Source of the DNA: Bacillota bacterium
Lineage (GTDB): Bacteria > Bacillota > DTU025
Direction of reading: 5' to 3'
Assembly (NCBI GenBank): GCA_050951805.1
Contig: JBMNJT010000002.1
Coordinates: 1,472,001-1,536,000, forward strand
Length of the DNA: 64,000 nt
The notes under the pieces were generated by a model. That model saw nothing but the letters and a program-made list of their open reading frames with translations, was not told where the DNA came from and made no database searches. This document shows positions 61,665 to 64,000 of the stretch, piece after piece (the stretch's first letter is position 1; every line of letters begins with the position of its first letter). A program made the translations under genes and the position numbers.

Positions 61665-62501
61665 CTACCCCATCGCCGCTTGCCTTCCAGTGCGCTGGTC
61701 AAATATGGTCAACTTAGTGTATCCGGCCTCTCGGGCCCACGACACAAGTTCATCATAACGCGATGCGACCTCTTCAGGTTCATGCGCATCCGAAGCTAAG
61801 GTAATCCCCACGCCCCGCTCGCAAGCCATCTTGAGCAACGTCATTGCAGGATACGCTTCCTCTACCGGACGCCGGAGTCCGGCGCTTGAGACTTCAAGGC
61901 ATGTTCCTGACGATGCGGCCGCCGCTGTCAAAGCATCGTAGTATCCTCTCAAGGGTCCTTCCTCGCCTGGGCCCTCCAAACCCGTTGCCAACCTAGCGCC
62001 GAACACCTTAATCACATCGGGATGGCCTATCACGTCGAAAACGCCGCTCCTTGCCGCACGACATACACGTTCGAAATATGCGGAATACGCCCATTCCACA
62101 TCCACATCGTTCCAGCTAGTCGGGTCAATATCGAATCCCCACTCTCCGATCCAGTGAACCGATCCGATAACCAGATCCCAGGGATGTCCCTCTTCCAGAA
62201 AGTCGGCTACATCTTCGATGGTCTCATCGATGTAATCGAACTCGATCCCGAGCTTCACCGACAAGCCCTCAGCCTTCATATCCTCAATGAGCGAAATATA
62301 GTCGTCGAGCCTGAAACCATGGCCATGCTCTTTTACATAGTTCGGACGCTCAAGCATGGGGGCACATTCCACAAAATTGTAAGCATGCTCTGTAAAGGCT
62401 ATCTCCCAAACGCCATTGGCCAACGCCCGGTCCACGAACCGCATTGCGTTGGCGCGCGACAATCCTGCCCTTTCCAGATGCACGTGATAATCAACAAGCA
62501 T
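61665..62501 (-). CDS. PHP-family (HisJ-like) phosphatase
   Basis: DYHVH, FTEH, GIEFD, IGSVH, GHPD and ASDAH motifs. Confidence 0.88.
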   Translation of the reverse strand: MLVDYHVHLERAGLSRANAMRFVDRALANGVWEIAFTEHAYNFVECAPMLERPNYVKEHGHGFRLDDYISLIEDMKAEGLSVKLGIEFDYIDETIEDVADFLEEGHPWDLVIGSVHWIGEWGFDIDPTSWNDVDVEWAYSAYFERVCRAARSGVFDVIGHPDVIKVFGARLATGLEGPGEEGPLRGYYDALTAAAASSGTCLEVSSAGLRRPVEEAYPAMTLLKMACERGVGITLASDAHEPEEVASRYDELVSWAREAGYTKLTIFDQRTGRQAAMG

Positions 62502-62524
62502 CCCGCACACCCCTATCGAATTGC

Positions 62525-64000
62525 CTACATCACTTGATGTTCCGTCCTGGAAATTATCTCATCCTGCAATGCGCGGGAAAGGTCGCAGAAATAATCGCTA
62601 TACCCTGCCACACGAACTATTAAGTCGCGATGGGCTTCTGGATCCGCTTGCGCCTCCCGCAACGTTTCTGCCTTTACCACATTGAACTGGACATGGTGTC
62701 CTCCAAGCTTGAAGTAGGTACGCACCAGGCTCGCGAGGTTGTTTATGCCTGCTTCATCTTCGAGCAGCTTCGGAGAGAATTTCATGTTGAGAAGAGTGCC
62801 GCCGGTCAGCGCATGATCCATCTTGGAGGCGGATTTGAAGACCGCAGTAGGCCCGCGCCTATCGCTGCCCTGAACGGGAGAGATCCCTTCCGACAGGGGC
62901 TGCCACGCCCTTCGGCCATCAGGGGTAGCCCCTGTAACCGAACCGAAATACACATGGCACGTGGTGGGAAGCATGTTGATGCAATACCGCCCACCCTTGA
63001 CATTCGGCCGCCCGTCAACTGCATCAAAGAACGTTTTGAAGACGTCAGTCATTATCGTGTCAGCCCTGTCATCATCATTTCCATACCTAGGAGTATCGTC
63101 CCAGAGCAGCCGACGCAGATCCTCCATGTCCTCGTAATCGCGTTCTAAGGCCTGGAGCAATTGATCCATTGTGACTCGGGGCTCATCAAACACGTGATGC
63201 CTGATGGCAGAAAGGGAATCCGTTATAGTGCCAATTCCTACTCCCTGAATGTAGGATGTATTGTATCTGGCTCCTCCGTCGTTGTAATCTCGACCTATGG
63301 CGATGCAGTCATCAATCAGCAGTGACATGAAGGGCGCCGGCATGTACTTTGCATAAAGCCTCTCAATCACGTTGTTTCCTTTAATCTTTACATCTATGAA
63401 GTAGTTGAGCTGTTCTGTATATGCCTCCCATAGCTCCTCATACGTTTCGAACAGCGCAGCAGGCCCTGTCTTGGGCCCAAGCTGCCTTCCGGTGCGCATG
63501 TCCACCCCATCATACAGTGTCAATTCCAGAATCTTGGGAAGGTTGAAATAGCCAGTGAGGATGTAGGCCTCCTTTCCGAAAGCGCCAGTCTCCACACACC
63601 CCGACGTCCCGCCGCATCTGGCGTCCTCCAAGCTCTTTCCCACCCTGAGCATCTCCTGTACTACCATGTCGGCGTTGAATATCGAAGGCTGTCCCCACCC
63701 CTTCCTCACTATTCTAAGGGCGCGCTTAAGAAAGCGGTCCGGGTTCTTCGCCGACAGCTGTATGTTGGAGCTCGGCTGAAGGAGCCTCATTTCGTCTATC
63801 ACGTCTAGTATGAGGTATGTCAAGCCATTGACCCCATCTCGCCCGTCAGGAGTCAGTCCTCCACAGTTGATGTTCGCGAAATCCGTATACGTACCGCTCT
63901 CGGCGGCAGTCACACCAACCTTAGGAGGAGCGGGCTGATTGCTGAATTTGATCCAAAAGCACTGCAAGAGCTCGCGGGCAGAATCTTCGGTTAACGTGCC
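62525..64000 (-). CDS. hypD: Glycyl radical enzyme, likely trans-4-hydroxy-L-proline dehydratase (5' part outside the window)
   Basis: QPAPPKVGVTAAESGTYTDF, Cys loop GGTSGCVE and Gly loop IVRVAGYSDYF. Confidence 0.8.
   Translation of the reverse strand, partial: GTLTEDSARELLQCFWIKFSNQPAPPKVGVTAAESGTYTDFANINCGGLTPDGRDGVNGLTYLILDVIDEMRLLQPSSNIQLSAKNPDRFLKRALRIVRKGWGQPSIFNADMVVQEMLRVGKSLEDARCGGTSGCVETGAFGKEAYILTGYFNLPKILELTLYDGVDMRTGRQLGPKTGPAALFETYEELWEAYTEQLNYFIDVKIKGNNVIERLYAKYMPAPFMSLLIDDCIAIGRDYNDGGARYNTSYIQGVGIGTITDSLSAIRHHVFDEPRVTMDQLLQALERDYEDMEDLRRLLWDDTPRYGNDDDRADTIMTDVFKTFFDAVDGRPNVKGGRYCINMLPTTCHVYFGSVTGATPDGRRAWQPLSEGISPVQGSDRRGPTAVFKSASKMDHALTGGTLLNMKFSPKLLEDEAGINNLASLVRTYFKLGGHHVQFNVVKAETLREAQADPEAHRDLIVRVAGYSDYFCDLSRALQDEIISRTEHQVM

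Overview
Core chromosome of a ~55% GC, spore-forming, probably diderm (outer-membrane-bearing) anaerobic Bacillota. Most genes lie on the minus strand. Housekeeping genes: spoIIP-gpr/rpsT, holA, comEC-comEA (separated from holA by a sugar-type ABC system and a secreted PHP hydrolase), leuS, rsfS-yqeK-RRM-nadD-obgE, three M42 peptidases, pncB, coaE, ytaF, polA, a class II ribonucleotide reductase, and the 3' part of a HypD-like glycyl radical enzyme. Standout observations: (1) a complete tRNA-Ala(GGC) gene nested in the Stem III loop of an otherwise intact Leu-specific (CUC) T-box riboswitch upstream of leuS; (2) a candidate RiPP cluster (LuxR regulator, 33-aa precursor, RRE-radical SAM/SPASM maturase, CPBP protease), separate from an ordinary SCIFF locus whose precursor the ORF track missed; (3) a divergent SigH-like sigma factor followed by two PafB/PafC-like WYL regulators and a YhaO/YhaN (Mre11/Rad50-like) pair with degenerate catalytic motifs; (4) two tandem porin-like paralogues, one carrying duplicated N-terminal domains and sitting behind a paired LacI-type operator; (5) decayed elements: an ORF-less group IIC intron, an IS630 remnant, an RT remnant and a possible tRNA-Cys pseudogene. 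All calls come from motif reading by eye; no database searches were run.
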